Source of the DNA: Deinococcales bacterium
GTDB taxonomy: Bacteria > Deinococcota > Deinococci > Deinococcales > JAAFIG01
Direction: 5' to 3'
NCBI GenBank assembly: GCA_031414595.1
Contig: JANNVX010000098.1
Coordinates: 64,001 to 128,000 of the forward strand
DNA: 64,000 nt
Shown here: positions 10,546 to 19,801 of the stretch, piece by piece
Position numbering within the stretch: position 1 is the first letter of the stretch
How the letters are laid out: every line of letters begins with the position of its first letter
Program-made: the position numbers and the translations under genes
The notes under the pieces: generated by a model
Seen by the model: only the letters and a program-made list of their open reading frames with translations
Told to the model about the DNA's origin: nothing
Database searches by the model: none

Positions 10546-11456
10546 ACGGTCAGGTTTTCCTTGGGGATGCTCGAGAGATTGCCGTTAATCTCGAGTATCA
10601 TTCTGTTCAAAGTATTATCACCAGCCCACCCTATTTTGGATTGCGAAATTATGCTGACCAGCCAAGCCCAGCCGAAATTGGACAAGAAGCGACAGTTCAA
10701 GAATATGTGACGAACTTGGTCAGTATTTTCCGCAGCTTAAAACAAGCACTTAAACCTGACGGATTACTCTGGCTTAATTTAGGCGATACATACCGCGAAA
10801 AGTCCTTGCTGGGTATTCCGTGGCGCGTTGCTTTAGCTTTACAAGATGATGGTTGGTTATTGCGTTCGGACATTATTTGGCATAAACCCAACGCCATGCC
10901 CTCGAGTATTAAAAATCGCCCAACTACAGACCATGAGTACATTTTCTTATTTGCGCTCAACCGAGATTATTACTATGATGCCGATGCCATCCGTGAGCCA
11001 CACATTACATTCACTGAGCAATCCAAAATGAAAGGTGGGCGAAATCACTTTGGGAAAGAAGGAGGCACACCCGAAAATGGCAAGAACGCTGGCAATAGTA
11101 ACCTTCATGACGGACGATGGGATCAAGCCTTTCACCCAAAAGGCAGAAACAAACGCACTGTATGGCAAATACCTCTAAGTAAATTTAGAGACTCACACTT
11201 TGCGGTTTTTCCAGAAAAACTTGTTGAAACCTGTATTCTTGCTTCGACTCGAGTGTCTGATGTTATCCTTGACCCATTTGCGGGGTCTGGCACAACTGGT
11301 GTTGTTGCCACAAAATTACAACGCCGATTCATAGGTATAGAACTTGTGAAAAAATATCAAGAAATGGCACAGGCTCGAATAAACCAAGCCAACCCACAAA
11401 CCGATTTATTTAGTGTTCTGACAGCCCAAGAAGAAATGACTCATGAAGCCGCCTAA
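10542..11456 (+). CDS. Site-specific DNA methyltransferase, beta class (probably N4-cytosine)
   Basis: ITSPPY catalytic motif precedes LDPFAGSGTT SAM-binding motif. Confidence 0.9.
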   Translation: MNGQVFLGDAREIAVNLEYHSVQSIITSPPYFGLRNYADQPSPAEIGQEATVQEYVTNLVSIFRSLKQALKPDGLLWLNLGDTYREKSLLGIPWRVALALQDDGWLLRSDIIWHKPNAMPSSIKNRPTTDHEYIFLFALNRDYYYDADAIREPHITFTEQSKMKGGRNHFGKEGGTPENGKNAGNSNLHDGRWDQAFHPKGRNKRTVWQIPLSKFRDSHFAVFPEKLVETCILASTRVSDVILDPFAGSGTTGVVATKLQRRFIGIELVKKYQEMAQARINQANPQTDLFSVLTAQEEMTHEAA

Positions 11457-11483
11457 GTTTAAGATAACTCGAGAAGGAAAACG

Positions 11484-11772
11484 ATGAGCCAAGCCAACCC
11501 AAGTTTTAACCCCACTTTTTGCAAGTGCTGTTCATCATTGCACCATGCCTTATGCTCAGTCCATGCCAAAAAAATCTCGAGAAGAGTTGAAAATTGCAGA
11601 GCAGAATTTCATTGAATTGCTTTGTAAAAATTTTAATGAACCAATAGAAGTGTCTTTTATTGAACTAGATACCAGTGATGAAGAAGCAAACCAGCGATTT
11701 TTAGAGTTTTTCAAGCAAGAGTTACCAAACGATTTTGATAAGTTGTTCTCTTCAGAAAAGGAAAAGGGGTGA
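11484..11772 (+). pseudogene. Small hypothetical gene, apparent +1 frameshift in a T run (or short ORF 11545-11772)
   Basis: RBS plus ATG at 11484 reads MSQANPSFNPTF; removing one T at 11516-11520 joins it in frame to ORF 11545-11772. Confidence 0.35.
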
Positions 11773-12047
11773 GTGAAATGTCTGTGACCATCGAAATTGA
11801 AAAAATCCATGCCAGTGCAATCAGTTTCCCCCGAGATGTGATTGAGGACTCAGAAACTCGAGAATTCAGGATTAAAGTTGTGGGCAACGAATTTGTTATT
11901 TATCCGGCACACATGAAATTCTTTGAAGTTGCCACACCTCAACAACGCGCCAATTTGCTGCTCGAGCGATTAGCGCACAATAAATCCAATCCAGATGCAC
12001 CTCAAATTCCAGATGAAGCTTTACGCCGCGAGAATTTTTACGAATGA
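11769..12047 (+). CDS. Putative antitoxin (VapB-like partner)
   Basis: Small ORF overlapping the PIN gene; C-terminal DEALRRENFYE typical of PIN-toxin partners. Confidence 0.65.
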   Translation: MSEMSVTIEIEKIHASAISFPRDVIEDSETREFRIKVVGNEFVIYPAHMKFFEVATPQQRANLLLERLAHNKSNPDAPQIPDEALRRENFYE

Positions 12048-12496
12048 ATATTTTTTTAGACACCAACATTTTTTTAAGACTGACCGATGAAAACTCGAGT
12101 CAACATGAACTTGTCGTTAAAGCTGTGGCGCAATTACTGGCTCGAGGAGACGAACTTTATTTTGCGCCACAAACAATTGTTGAATTTTGGGCAGTGGCAA
12201 CCAGACCACTACAAGCCAATGGTTTGGGGTTAGATGCCCAAACGATAGAACATAAACGAGAAGAATTTTCTGATGAATATAAAATGCTCGAGGAAACCCC
12301 AGCCTTATATGAAAAGTGGCTCGAGTTGGTCAAGCAACACGCGGTTCAAGGTAAGCAAGTCCACGACACCCGACTTGTGGCACAAATGTTGGTGCATAAT
12401 ATCAATACGATTTTGACAATCAACACGGCGGATTTTAAGCGATTCTCGAACATAACGGCTGTGCATCCAGAGCAAGTGCTAAAAGGTGAAGCATAA
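12044..12496 (+). CDS. vapC: PIN-domain toxin (VapC family)
   Basis: FLDTNI, EFWAVATRP, GKQVHDTRLVA, LTINTADF. Confidence 0.9.
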   Translation: MNIFLDTNIFLRLTDENSSQHELVVKAVAQLLARGDELYFAPQTIVEFWAVATRPLQANGLGLDAQTIEHKREEFSDEYKMLEETPALYEKWLELVKQHAVQGKQVHDTRLVAQMLVHNINTILTINTADFKRFSNITAVHPEQVLKGEA

Positions 12497-12548
12497 AGCC
12501 CAAGCAGAAAGCCAAAAGCCAAAGAGGTGAGTTAATGTCAGTTTTAGA
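12483..12548 (+). repeat. Cassette-junction repeat, copy 1 (type A)
   Basis: AAGGTGAAGCATAAAGCCCAAGCAGAAAGCCAAAAG...GAGGTGAGTTAATGTCAGTTTTAGA. Confidence 0.85.
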
Positions 12549-12729
12549 AATGATTCGAGAAGTTCCAAAATTAACCCATGCAGAGCAAAGTTTATTGCTG
12601 CTCGAGTTGCAAAAATACTTGCAACCACCAGCAGATTTAAGCCAAATTCCAACCAATGGTATAGCCGAGTTATTCCCGTTCTACGAAGCCATTAACGCCA
12701 ACCATGATTTATCCAGAATTGTAAAATAA
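12535..12729 (+). CDS. Small helical partner protein of retropepsin pair 1
   Basis: MSV start after GAGGTGA RBS; paralog of 14893, 20952 and 21632. Confidence 0.7.
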   Translation: MSVLEMIREVPKLTHAEQSLLLLELQKYLQPPADLSQIPTNGIAELFPFYEAINANHDLSRIVK

Positions 12730-12737
12730 GGCAACCA

Positions 12738-13142
12738 ATGAAATCTGTAACCTACCCATACTTACCAAATAGACAAAATTCTCTGATGCCGTATCTGCCC
12801 GTTCAACTCGAGCAGCAAGGTCGGGTTATAGAAACTATGGCGTTGGTAGACAGTGGCGCAGTTTCCAGTATTTTGCCATATTCAATGGGACTAGCCCTAG
12901 GATTAGATTGGCAGTCAGCCCAACAAGGTTTAGATGTGATTGGAGCAGTTGTTTCACCTTCAAAAAATGTTCGTGCGGTACTGCATATCCCGCAATTCTC
13001 GGCACTCGAGACGGGGTTTTCTTGGGTTGAAGATGATAATAAGCCGTTAATTCTTGGGCAGAGGATTTTCTTTTATCAGTTCCAAGTTCAGTTTGACGGT
13101 CGGCAACCAAGTTTTACTTTGACAAGGCAGGAACAAGCATGA
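12738..13142 (+). CDS. Retropepsin-like (clan AA) aspartyl protease, pair 1
   Basis: ALVDSGA catalytic motif; ILGQ..FF motif. Confidence 0.8.
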   Translation: MKSVTYPYLPNRQNSLMPYLPVQLEQQGRVIETMALVDSGAVSSILPYSMGLALGLDWQSAQQGLDVIGAVVSPSKNVRAVLHIPQFSALETGFSWVEDDNKPLILGQRIFFYQFQVQFDGRQPSFTLTRQEQA

Positions 13143-13186
13143 AGCCCAAGCTCGAGCAGAAAGCCAAAAGGGAAGATACAGATGGG
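13134..13186 (+). repeat. Cassette-junction repeat, copy 2 (type B)
   Basis: CAAGCATGAAGCCCAAGCTCGAGCAGAAAGCCAAAAGGGAAGATACAGATGGG. Confidence 0.85.
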
Positions 13187-13203
13187 TTACTCGAGGTCAA
13201 GCC

Positions 13204-14199
13204 ATGATAGATAAATCAGACCGAAATAAAACAATAGAATTATCTGAGGCAGAAAAAATGCTTTACTCAGAACGGTTAAGTCGTTTTGATCAATGTGCAA
13301 CCCAAGCCGATGTACAAAATAAAACCTTAAATCAAGATTTGTTCTCGGTACTCGAGTTTTTACCCACTGGTTTTGTGGATTTGTTGTTTATTGACCCGCC
13401 GTATAATTTAAGTAAAACCTTTAACGAAGTCAGTTTTAAGAAAACCTCGTTTGAAGAGTATGTGATTTGGGTAGACCTTTGGCTGTCCAAGTTGGTGCGA
13501 ACCTTAAAACCAAATGCTTCCGTCTATATCTGCTCGGATTGGCTTTCTTCACCTGCTATTTTTGAAGTTGCAAGACGTTACTTTATTGTCCGTAGTCGAA
13601 TCACTTGGGAACGCGAAAAAGGACGTGGTGCATTGACCAATTGGAAAAATTCATCTGAAGATATTTTGTTTTGTACAGTTTCAGATGAATATACTTTTAA
13701 TGTCGAACAGGTCAAACTCAAGAAAAAAGTGATTGCCCCATACCGCACCGATGATGGAATTCCTAAAGATTGGAGCGAAACCGACGATGGCAATTACAGG
13801 CTGACGCATCCATCTAACCTTTGGACAGACATCACCGTGCCATTCTGGTCAATGCCCGAAAATACTGAGCATCCGACGCAGAAACCCGAGAAACTGCTGG
13901 CTAAAATCATCCTCGCCAGTTCAAATGTTGGCGATATGGTTTTTGACCCATTTTTTGGCTCTGGAACAACCTTGGTGACAGCCAAAAAACTCGAGCGAAA
14001 CTTTTGTGGCGTGGAAATAGACCCATATTATGCTTGTATTTGCCAGAAGCGTCTCGAGATGGCAGAGTTAGACGGTGGCATCCAAGGCTACAGCCAAGGT
14101 GTGTTTTGGGAACGCAATACACTGGCAGAACAAAAATCTGAAGCCCCAAAGCCCAAAAAACGCACTTTGGCTCGAGAGCAACAGGAACAATTCTTATGA
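13204..14199 (+). CDS. Site-specific DNA methyltransferase, beta class (DPPY)
   Basis: FIDPPYN, HPTQKPEKL, FDPFFGSGTT. Confidence 0.92.
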   Translation: MIDKSDRNKTIELSEAEKMLYSERLSRFDQCATQADVQNKTLNQDLFSVLEFLPTGFVDLLFIDPPYNLSKTFNEVSFKKTSFEEYVIWVDLWLSKLVRTLKPNASVYICSDWLSSPAIFEVARRYFIVRSRITWEREKGRGALTNWKNSSEDILFCTVSDEYTFNVEQVKLKKKVIAPYRTDDGIPKDWSETDDGNYRLTHPSNLWTDITVPFWSMPENTEHPTQKPEKLLAKIILASSNVGDMVFDPFFGSGTTLVTAKKLERNFCGVEIDPYYACICQKRLEMAELDGGIQGYSQGVFWERNTLAEQKSEAPKPKKRTLAREQQEQFL

Positions 14200-14837
14200 G
14201 CCAAGTTTTTACCCATGGTTTTGAAACTCGCACCCTCGAGAGGCTGAATGCACTGGCAAAAACCATTCCTGTTTCGATTCTGGGCAGCCCCCGCTCAATT
14301 GGGGATACCATCCAAGATTTAATTGGACAGCACTTTCTCGAGTTAATGGGTAAGGAAATTTGTAAGACATACTCGAGTGAATCAGCACGGCGTTCAATGG
14401 CAGATGTGGCTTTTGAAGATTTTGATGGTAATTTTTATTCGGTGGATATTAAAACCCATAATTTAGGTACAAAATTTAATATGCCAAATTTGACTTCTGT
14501 GGAACGTTTAGCACGGCTTTACGAAAGTGACAAAGATTATTTTTGTGTTCTGCTGATTGCTTATGGTGTCGAAAACTCGAGTATTACTTTTGAAAGCGCT
14601 AAATTTGTGCCGATTGAACATATAGACTGGAATTGTTTAACCATAGGTGCGTTGGGTTGGGGGCAAATTCAAATTGCCAATTCAAACAAGTTTTTAACGA
14701 ATGCCACACAAACCAGAAAAGCATGGATGATTGAACTTTGCGATACGCTACTTGGTTTTTATCCTCGAGAAATTCTCAAAATTAACGAACGAATTGAGCA
14801 TTTTGTAGCCATTCGTCAGAAATGGATGGAGCGTTGA
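14196..14837 (+). CDS. Putative type II restriction endonuclease
   Basis: Overlaps the MTase; ADVAF...VDIKTH fits PD-(D/E)xK. Confidence 0.6.
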   Translation: MSQVFTHGFETRTLERLNALAKTIPVSILGSPRSIGDTIQDLIGQHFLELMGKEICKTYSSESARRSMADVAFEDFDGNFYSVDIKTHNLGTKFNMPNLTSVERLARLYESDKDYFCVLLIAYGVENSSITFESAKFVPIEHIDWNCLTIGALGWGQIQIANSNKFLTNATQTRKAWMIELCDTLLGFYPREILKINERIEHFVAIRQKWMER

Positions 14838-14845
14838 TATGATGT

Positions 14846-14906
14846 CAAGCATGAAGCCCAAGCTCAAGAAGAAAGCCAAAGAGGTGAGTTAAATGTCAGT
14901 TTTAGA
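14846..14906 (+). repeat. Cassette-junction repeat, copy 3 (type A)
   Basis: CAAGCATGAAGCCCAAGCTCAAGAAGAAAGCCAAAGAGGTGAGTTAAATGTCAGTTTTAGA. Confidence 0.85.
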
Positions 14907-15105
14907 TTATGTGCAACAAGCTAAAAATTATAGTTTAGACGAACGTCAAGAAATCATTGCCAGTCTCCAAGAACAAATTTTTGAGCAGCGACAAAAAACC
15001 ATGATAAAACCACGAAAAGATGGGGTGTTTGAAATTTGGTCTCCGACTGTAGATGCTGCTTCGATGGAAAAACTTCAAGAACGAGCAAGGCAGCGAAAAC
15101 TGTGA
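14893..15105 (+). CDS. Small partner protein of retropepsin pair 2
   Basis: MSVLDY...FEIWSP; stop overlaps the protease GTG. Confidence 0.7.
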   Translation: MSVLDYVQQAKNYSLDERQEIIASLQEQIFEQRQKTMIKPRKDGVFEIWSPTVDAASMEKLQERARQRKL

Positions 15106-15527
15106 GCCGAATAGCCCGATTTCCGTATGCAGAATCAGCTACCAATGTGCGTATGCCGTATATAGATGTGCTTATTGATTCTGGCGAAGTAGCAGTTCGA
15201 GTCAAAGCTCTACTCGATTCAGGCGCAATGGTCAATGTCATTCCAAAGCAAGTAGGAGAACGGCTAAACTTAAACTGGGAAAAAGGAGTAGATATTGCCC
15301 TAGGCGGTAACTTAGGCAAAGCACCTGCTCGAGCCTTTTATTTGAATTGTACAGTACAGGGTTTAGAAGTGACACAACTAGAACTTAATTGGTCAATGCT
15401 CGAGGATATTCCTGTTATTTTTGGGCAGTTTGATTTTTTCCAGAATTTCGATGTGTGTTTTTCGTACTCAGAAAATGAAATTAGTGTGCGACCTAGGCGA
15501 GTACAACAGAATCAAGGTGAAGCATGA
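15102..15527 (+). CDS. Retropepsin-like aspartyl protease, pair 2
   Basis: ALLDSGA; IFGQFDFFQNFDVCF; GTGA overlap start. Confidence 0.8.
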   Translation: MSRIARFPYAESATNVRMPYIDVLIDSGEVAVRVKALLDSGAMVNVIPKQVGERLNLNWEKGVDIALGGNLGKAPARAFYLNCTVQGLEVTQLELNWSMLEDIPVIFGQFDFFQNFDVCFSYSENEISVRPRRVQQNQGEA

Positions 15528-15571
15528 AGCCCAAGCTCGAGCAGAAAGCCAAAAGGGAAGACACAGATGGG
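15514..15571 (+). repeat. Cassette-junction repeat, copy 4 (type B)
   Basis: AAGGTGAAGCATGAAGCCCAAGCTCGAGCAGAAAGCCAAAAGGGAAGACACAGATGGG. Confidence 0.85.
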
Positions 15572-15668
15572 TGTTGTGTAAGGTGGGAAAAGCCCCTCCA
15601 CAAGTAGATGTACTCAAGAAATTACAAAAATCAGGGAACAGCTCAAACGTTTTCAGAAGGTTAAAATA

Positions 15669-16037
15669 ATGGTTGATAAAATGAGTCAGAACAGAAACGT
15701 AAAAAGTGCATATAGTGCAACTCGCATTTCAATTAATTATCAAACCTATGTGGGCGCTCGATATATCGGTTGTGGGCTGACATTGCATTATCTTCCAGAT
15801 TCAGAATTACAAGTCAGTTGTACAGCAGAATTTCCTGTAAATGACAACTACCGAATTAATGTTTGTAAAGCGATAGAAAAAACTTGTCAAGAAAAGTTGT
15901 TTGTAGGACAATTTATTGTTGAAGAAATAGATTTTCATCCTATCTACTCGAGCCAAAATGCTTTTGAAAACGCCGCTCAACAAGCTGTTTTAGCAATTCT
16001 GGGCTTACTTTCTTTTAAGCCTCTCACAATGGAGTGA
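15669..16037 (+). CDS. Hypothetical protein
   Basis: AT-rich ORF whose end carries the nuoG RBS. Confidence 0.5.
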   Translation: MVDKMSQNRNVKSAYSATRISINYQTYVGARYIGCGLTLHYLPDSELQVSCTAEFPVNDNYRINVCKAIEKTCQEKLFVGQFIVEEIDFHPIYSSQNAFENAAQQAVLAILGLLSFKPLTME

Positions 16038-16039
16038 CT

Positions 16040-18406
16040 ATGCCTAAAGTAATTGTGAATGATCGTCAAATCGAAGTCCCTAATGGTGCATCTGCTTTGG
16101 ATGCGGTTTTCCAAGCAGGTTTCGATGTGCCTTATTTCTGCTCTAACGAGTATCTCTCGCCGATTGGTGCGTGTCGAATGTGCCTTGTCGAAGCTGGCTC
16201 GCCGCGTAAAAATCCCGATGGTTCTTGGATTCTCGAGGATGGTGTTCCAAAACTGTTTTACTTCCCCGGTACAGTCGCAAGCTGCACACTGGCAACTTCC
16301 GAAGGCATGGTCATTAAAACCACCACTGAGGCGGCTGTCAAAGCCCAAGCTGGGATGATGGAATTCACGCTGATTAACCATCCGCTTGATTGCCCCACCT
16401 GCGATAAGGGTGGCGCGTGTGAACTCCAAGACCGAGCTTACGAGTATGGTTACGGCGAAGCGCGTTTTGAATTTACTCGCCGTCATGCCGATAAGCACCA
16501 TGCCCTGTCTGATTTTATTGTGCTGGATAAGGAACGCTGCATTCATTGCAAACGCTGTGTGCGTTACTTCGAGGAAATCCCGGGCGAAGAAGTGCTGGAT
16601 TTCATCGAACGCGGTGGGCATACTTTTATAGATTCGTACCAATCCGAAGACTTGGCGGGCGCAAAACTCGGTAATTTTAGCGGCAATATTAACGACCTCT
16701 GCCCTGTAGGAGCGCTGCTCGATAACGTCTCGAGATTCCGTGGGCGCAACTGGGAATATGACCGCACCCAAACCACCGATATGTCCAACGCCGATGGCTC
16801 GAGTATTTGGGTGGATGCTCGAACGGGGCGAATCGAACGCATTCGCGCCGCTCACAACAAAGAAGTTAATGAAATTTGGATTTCCGACGCACAGCGTTTT
16901 GGGCATGAATGGGTGGATGCCGATGCTCGAGTCCGCACGCCACTGATTCGTAAAAATGGCAAACTCGAGCCAGCCACCTTTGATGAAGCTGTTGAAGTGA
17001 TTGCAAAAGCCAATCTCGAGCCGAGCAAATTAGGTTTGTATACCAGTGCTGACATCACCCTCGAGGAAGGTGTGGCGCTTGAGTCGTTTGCTAAGACCAT
17101 TGCGACCATCAATGTAGACCATTTTCCGCGTTATAACAGCGCTCTGAGTGGTGTTGCTCGAGCCACCTTTACCGACCTTGCCAAAGCGGACGCAATTATC
17201 GTGATTGGTGCAGACTTGTACGAAGAATCTGGCACAGCCTACTTGCGAATCGAGGAGAGCTTGAAGGGTGTTATCACCTCCGACACGCAATTTAATCACG
17301 GTGCGCCTTTGGCAGATTTGCGTCTCAAAGAACGCATGGACAGAAAGCGCGGTAAACTGGCGGTCTTTGCACCAATTCCAGTGCAACAAATGAGCCACGC
17401 GGGAATCTCGAGCCTGTATGCAGTAGGTGCTGAACTCGAGCTTTTGGCGCAGATTAACCAAGCCAAATCGGGTAATGACTCGAGCAACGCCCAAGCCAAC
17501 GCTGCTGGCAAACTGCTCTCGAGTGCCAAAAACCCTGTGATTGTGCTGGGTAGCTTTGCGCTTGCCTCAGATGCCGAAAAAGTGTTGGCAGCCGCTAAGA
17601 AACTCGGTGGAAAAATCATGCCGATTCCAGCAGGTGCAAACGGCGCTGGACTCGAGACTTTAGAACTTGTACCAACCAAAAATGGGCGCAGTTTTGGGCA
17701 GTGGGACGGCTTAAAAGGCTTGTTCGTTTCGGGTAGTGCCATGACCAAGCGTCCAAAATCGCTCGAGATGTTGGTGGTTCACACCCATACCCTGACAGGC
17801 GCGGCACTCGAGGCGAATGTGGTGCTGCCAGCCCTGACTGCCTACGAGAAACGCGGCACAACCATGAATCTCGAGGGGCGCTTGTTGCCTTTGGCTGGGG
17901 CAGCCGTGGATGGTGGGCAAGGCGTGGACATGATTGGTGCGTTGCAAGTCTTATCCGATGCCATGAGTGCTAAACTCGAGATTCGTGGAACGCGCAGCGC
18001 CCAACGAATCCTGCAAGATAAATTTGGTCTCGAGATGGACAAAATTGCCGTTGAAGGTGCGTTTCCTGTGAAAACTGTCTCGAGTCGTTCAGCGCCAATT
18101 GTGCGCTCCACCACGGGCGAAACCGTACTGCTTGTGCCAAGAATGTGGTCTGAAAACATGCTCTCGAGCCAGCGCATCCGTGAAAGTGTCGGCGCAGATT
18201 ACTTAACTGTCAACTCGAGTGATGCCCAAAAAATGGGTGTGCGGGATGGCTTTACTTTAGAGCTAGAAGTCAACGGCAAACCTCGAGCCGTGACCGTTCG
18301 GATAGATGATGCGGTGTCTGCGCCAACGCTGCCCGCTTTGAATTCAGATTTGTCTGGGGCGCTTTCGAGTGTCAAAATAGCGGTCATGGCAGGAGGGGAT
18401 GATTAA
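16040..18406 (+). CDS. nuoG: NADH-quinone oxidoreductase subunit G
   Basis: [47 protein letters not shown]. Confidence 0.97.
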   Translation: MPKVIVNDRQIEVPNGASALDAVFQAGFDVPYFCSNEYLSPIGACRMCLVEAGSPRKNPDGSWILEDGVPKLFYFPGTVASCTLATSEGMVIKTTTEAAVKAQAGMMEFTLINHPLDCPTCDKGGACELQDRAYEYGYGEARFEFTRRHADKHHALSDFIVLDKERCIHCKRCVRYFEEIPGEEVLDFIERGGHTFIDSYQSEDLAGAKLGNFSGNINDLCPVGALLDNVSRFRGRNWEYDRTQTTDMSNADGSSIWVDARTGRIERIRAAHNKEVNEIWISDAQRFGHEWVDADARVRTPLIRKNGKLEPATFDEAVEVIAKANLEPSKLGLYTSADITLEEGVALESFAKTIATINVDHFPRYNSALSGVARATFTDLAKADAIIVIGADLYEESGTAYLRIEESLKGVITSDTQFNHGAPLADLRLKERMDRKRGKLAVFAPIPVQQMSHAGISSLYAVGAELELLAQINQAKSGNDSSNAQANAAGKLLSSAKNPVIVLGSFALASDAEKVLAAAKKLGGKIMPIPAGANGAGLETLELVPTKNGRSFGQWDGLKGLFVSGSAMTKRPKSLEMLVVHTHTLTGAALEANVVLPALTAYEKRGTTMNLEGRLLPLAGAAVDGGQGVDMIGALQVLSDAMSAKLEIRGTRSAQRILQDKFGLEMDKIAVEGAFPVKTVSSRSAPIVRSTTGETVLLVPRMWSENMLSSQRIRESVGADYLTVNSSDAQKMGVRDGFTLELEVNGKPRAVTVRIDDAVSAPTLPALNSDLSGALSSVKIAVMAGGDD

Positions 18407-19048
18407 ATGAAAAAATGGTTACTGATACTGGTTTTACCCCTCTTTGCAGCTTGTTCAACTTTTGGTGGCGGCGAGCCTTGGGCGCGACAATTGCTTGCTC
18501 CGTCAGATAACACTTACCGTCAAGTCTGTGACTACACCCTGAGCAATCAACTTACTTCTAATCAACTCAGTAATTTTGGGGCAGCCGTCATTAAAACCGA
18601 GCAACTGGGGGATTTTAATGTTTTTAGTTCCACTTTCTTAGTGGGATTCACTTGCGGTATCCTCGAGCCACTTGCCAGAATCAATCCATCAGGAAAAGCC
18701 CAGTTGCTGCAAAGTAAAGAATTGGCGGATTTATCTCGCTTAGGGCGTTTTGTTGTTTCTACTCGAGTTCGGGTTAAAAACACCAGTCTGGAGAATAAAA
18801 AACTCACCCTAACTTTAGAAGATGAAAAGGGCGAAACCGTGCTGCAATTAAAACCAGAACCATTTATTGCGGGAACAGACGAAGAACCTCGCATTAGTTT
18901 TGCCCTGATTCCAGCCGATTACACCCCCACGCAATTACAAGCCTTTGAGAAAGTCCAAGCCATGTCTTTCAAAATTCAATTTGGAGAAAGCGAAGCCACT
19001 TTTCGTTTAACCCCCAAGGATTTTGGGGCTTTTCAGGTCAGTAAATAA
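18407..19048 (+). CDS. Hypothetical lipoprotein
   Basis: MKKWLL...LFAAC lipobox. Confidence 0.7.
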   Translation: MKKWLLILVLPLFAACSTFGGGEPWARQLLAPSDNTYRQVCDYTLSNQLTSNQLSNFGAAVIKTEQLGDFNVFSSTFLVGFTCGILEPLARINPSGKAQLLQSKELADLSRLGRFVVSTRVRVKNTSLENKKLTLTLEDEKGETVLQLKPEPFIAGTDEEPRISFALIPADYTPTQLQAFEKVQAMSFKIQFGESEATFRLTPKDFGAFQVSK

Positions 19049-19057
19049 ATTACGAGG

Positions 19058-19120
19058 TTCGGATTTTCGCGGGATACTTTGAGTGTCAAAATAGCAGTGA
19101 TGGCAGGAGGCGATGATTAG
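19058..19120 (+). repeat. Diverged duplicate of the nuoG 3' end (18343-18406)
   Basis: GAGTGTCAAAATAGCAGTGATGGCAGGAGGCGATGATTAG vs GAGTGTCAAAATAGCGGTCATGGCAGGAGGGGATGATTAA. Confidence 0.9.
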
Positions 19121-19122
19121 GT

Positions 19123-19308
19123 ATGACAATGAAAATGGTGTACTGGGAAGATGACGGTTGGCTGGTTGGTCGTTTAATTGATTATCCAAATGTGGCAACT
19201 CAAGCCGAAACCCTTGAAGAACTCGAGGAGAACATTAAGGATGCCTTTGAACTGATGTATCTCGAGGATGTACCAGCCAATCACAAGTTTAAGGAAGTTA
19301 CCATTTGA
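19123..19308 (+). CDS. hicB: HicB-family antitoxin (short)
   Basis: WEDDGWLVG...YPNVATQAETLEELEENIKDA. Confidence 0.85.
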   Translation: MTMKMVYWEDDGWLVGRLIDYPNVATQAETLEELEENIKDAFELMYLEDVPANHKFKEVTI

Positions 19309-19496
19309 AGCACCGTGACTTGATTCGCTTACTTGTTCAAAATGGTTGTTTTCTAAAACGAAACGGCAAAAAGCACGATTTGTACATCAATCCAGCAACA
19401 GGCGCATCATCGGCAGTTCCACGACATTCGGAAATCAAAGAGACAATGGCACGAATCATTCTGAAAGAATTAAGTATTGAAATAAAAAACAATTAG
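19305..19496 (+). CDS. hicA: HicA-family toxin
   Basis: LVQNGCFLKRNGKKHDLY.NP...VPRHSEI. Confidence 0.88.
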   Translation: MKHRDLIRLLVQNGCFLKRNGKKHDLYINPATGASSAVPRHSEIKETMARIILKELSIEIKNN

Positions 19497-19539
19497 GTGA
19501 TGCTCGAGATTCAAACGTTTTGCTAAAAGAGGTGAAGAA

Positions 19540-19761
19540 GTGAATCCAAATCCAATACGTCCGCCGCAGCAATTTCTTGTAGACCATCATGGAATAAAAA
19601 CCCATGTTATTTTGCCGCTCGAGGAATACGAGGAAATGATTGACCAGCTTCTTGATGCAAGGGATGCGGTCGAAATGCCAAAATTAGTCGTAGAAGCTCG
19701 AGCCAATAGTGAGAGGATAACGATTGAAGAACTTCGCAAACAATATGGACTCGAGCCATAA
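19540..19761 (+). CDS. Orphan antitoxin-like protein
   Basis: QFLVD..G.KTHVILPLEEYEEM...ITIEELRKQYGL pattern of RelE/ParE-partner antitoxins. Confidence 0.55.
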   Translation: MNPNPIRPPQQFLVDHHGIKTHVILPLEEYEEMIDQLLDARDAVEMPKLVVEARANSERITIEELRKQYGLEP

Positions 19762-19801
19762 GAGAAAAAATGAAGTCTATGAACGCTAATAAGGAGTACA
19801 A

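Noticed and set aside
10542-14199. Either cargo MTase as the CTCGAG methylase
   Set aside because: Specificity cannot be read from sequence by eye; both are beta-class, whereas XhoI/PaeR7I-type enzymes are gamma-class, and a mobile cassette is unlikely to explain a genome-wide signature
12483-15571. Junction repeats as a CRISPR array
   Set aside because: Spacing is 600-1700 bp with whole genes between copies, and there are no cas genes
15977-16906. 309-aa antisense ORF and the many other shadow ORFs over nuo and housekeeping genes
   Set aside because: They lie opposite or out of frame to clearly conserved genes and have no recognisable motifs
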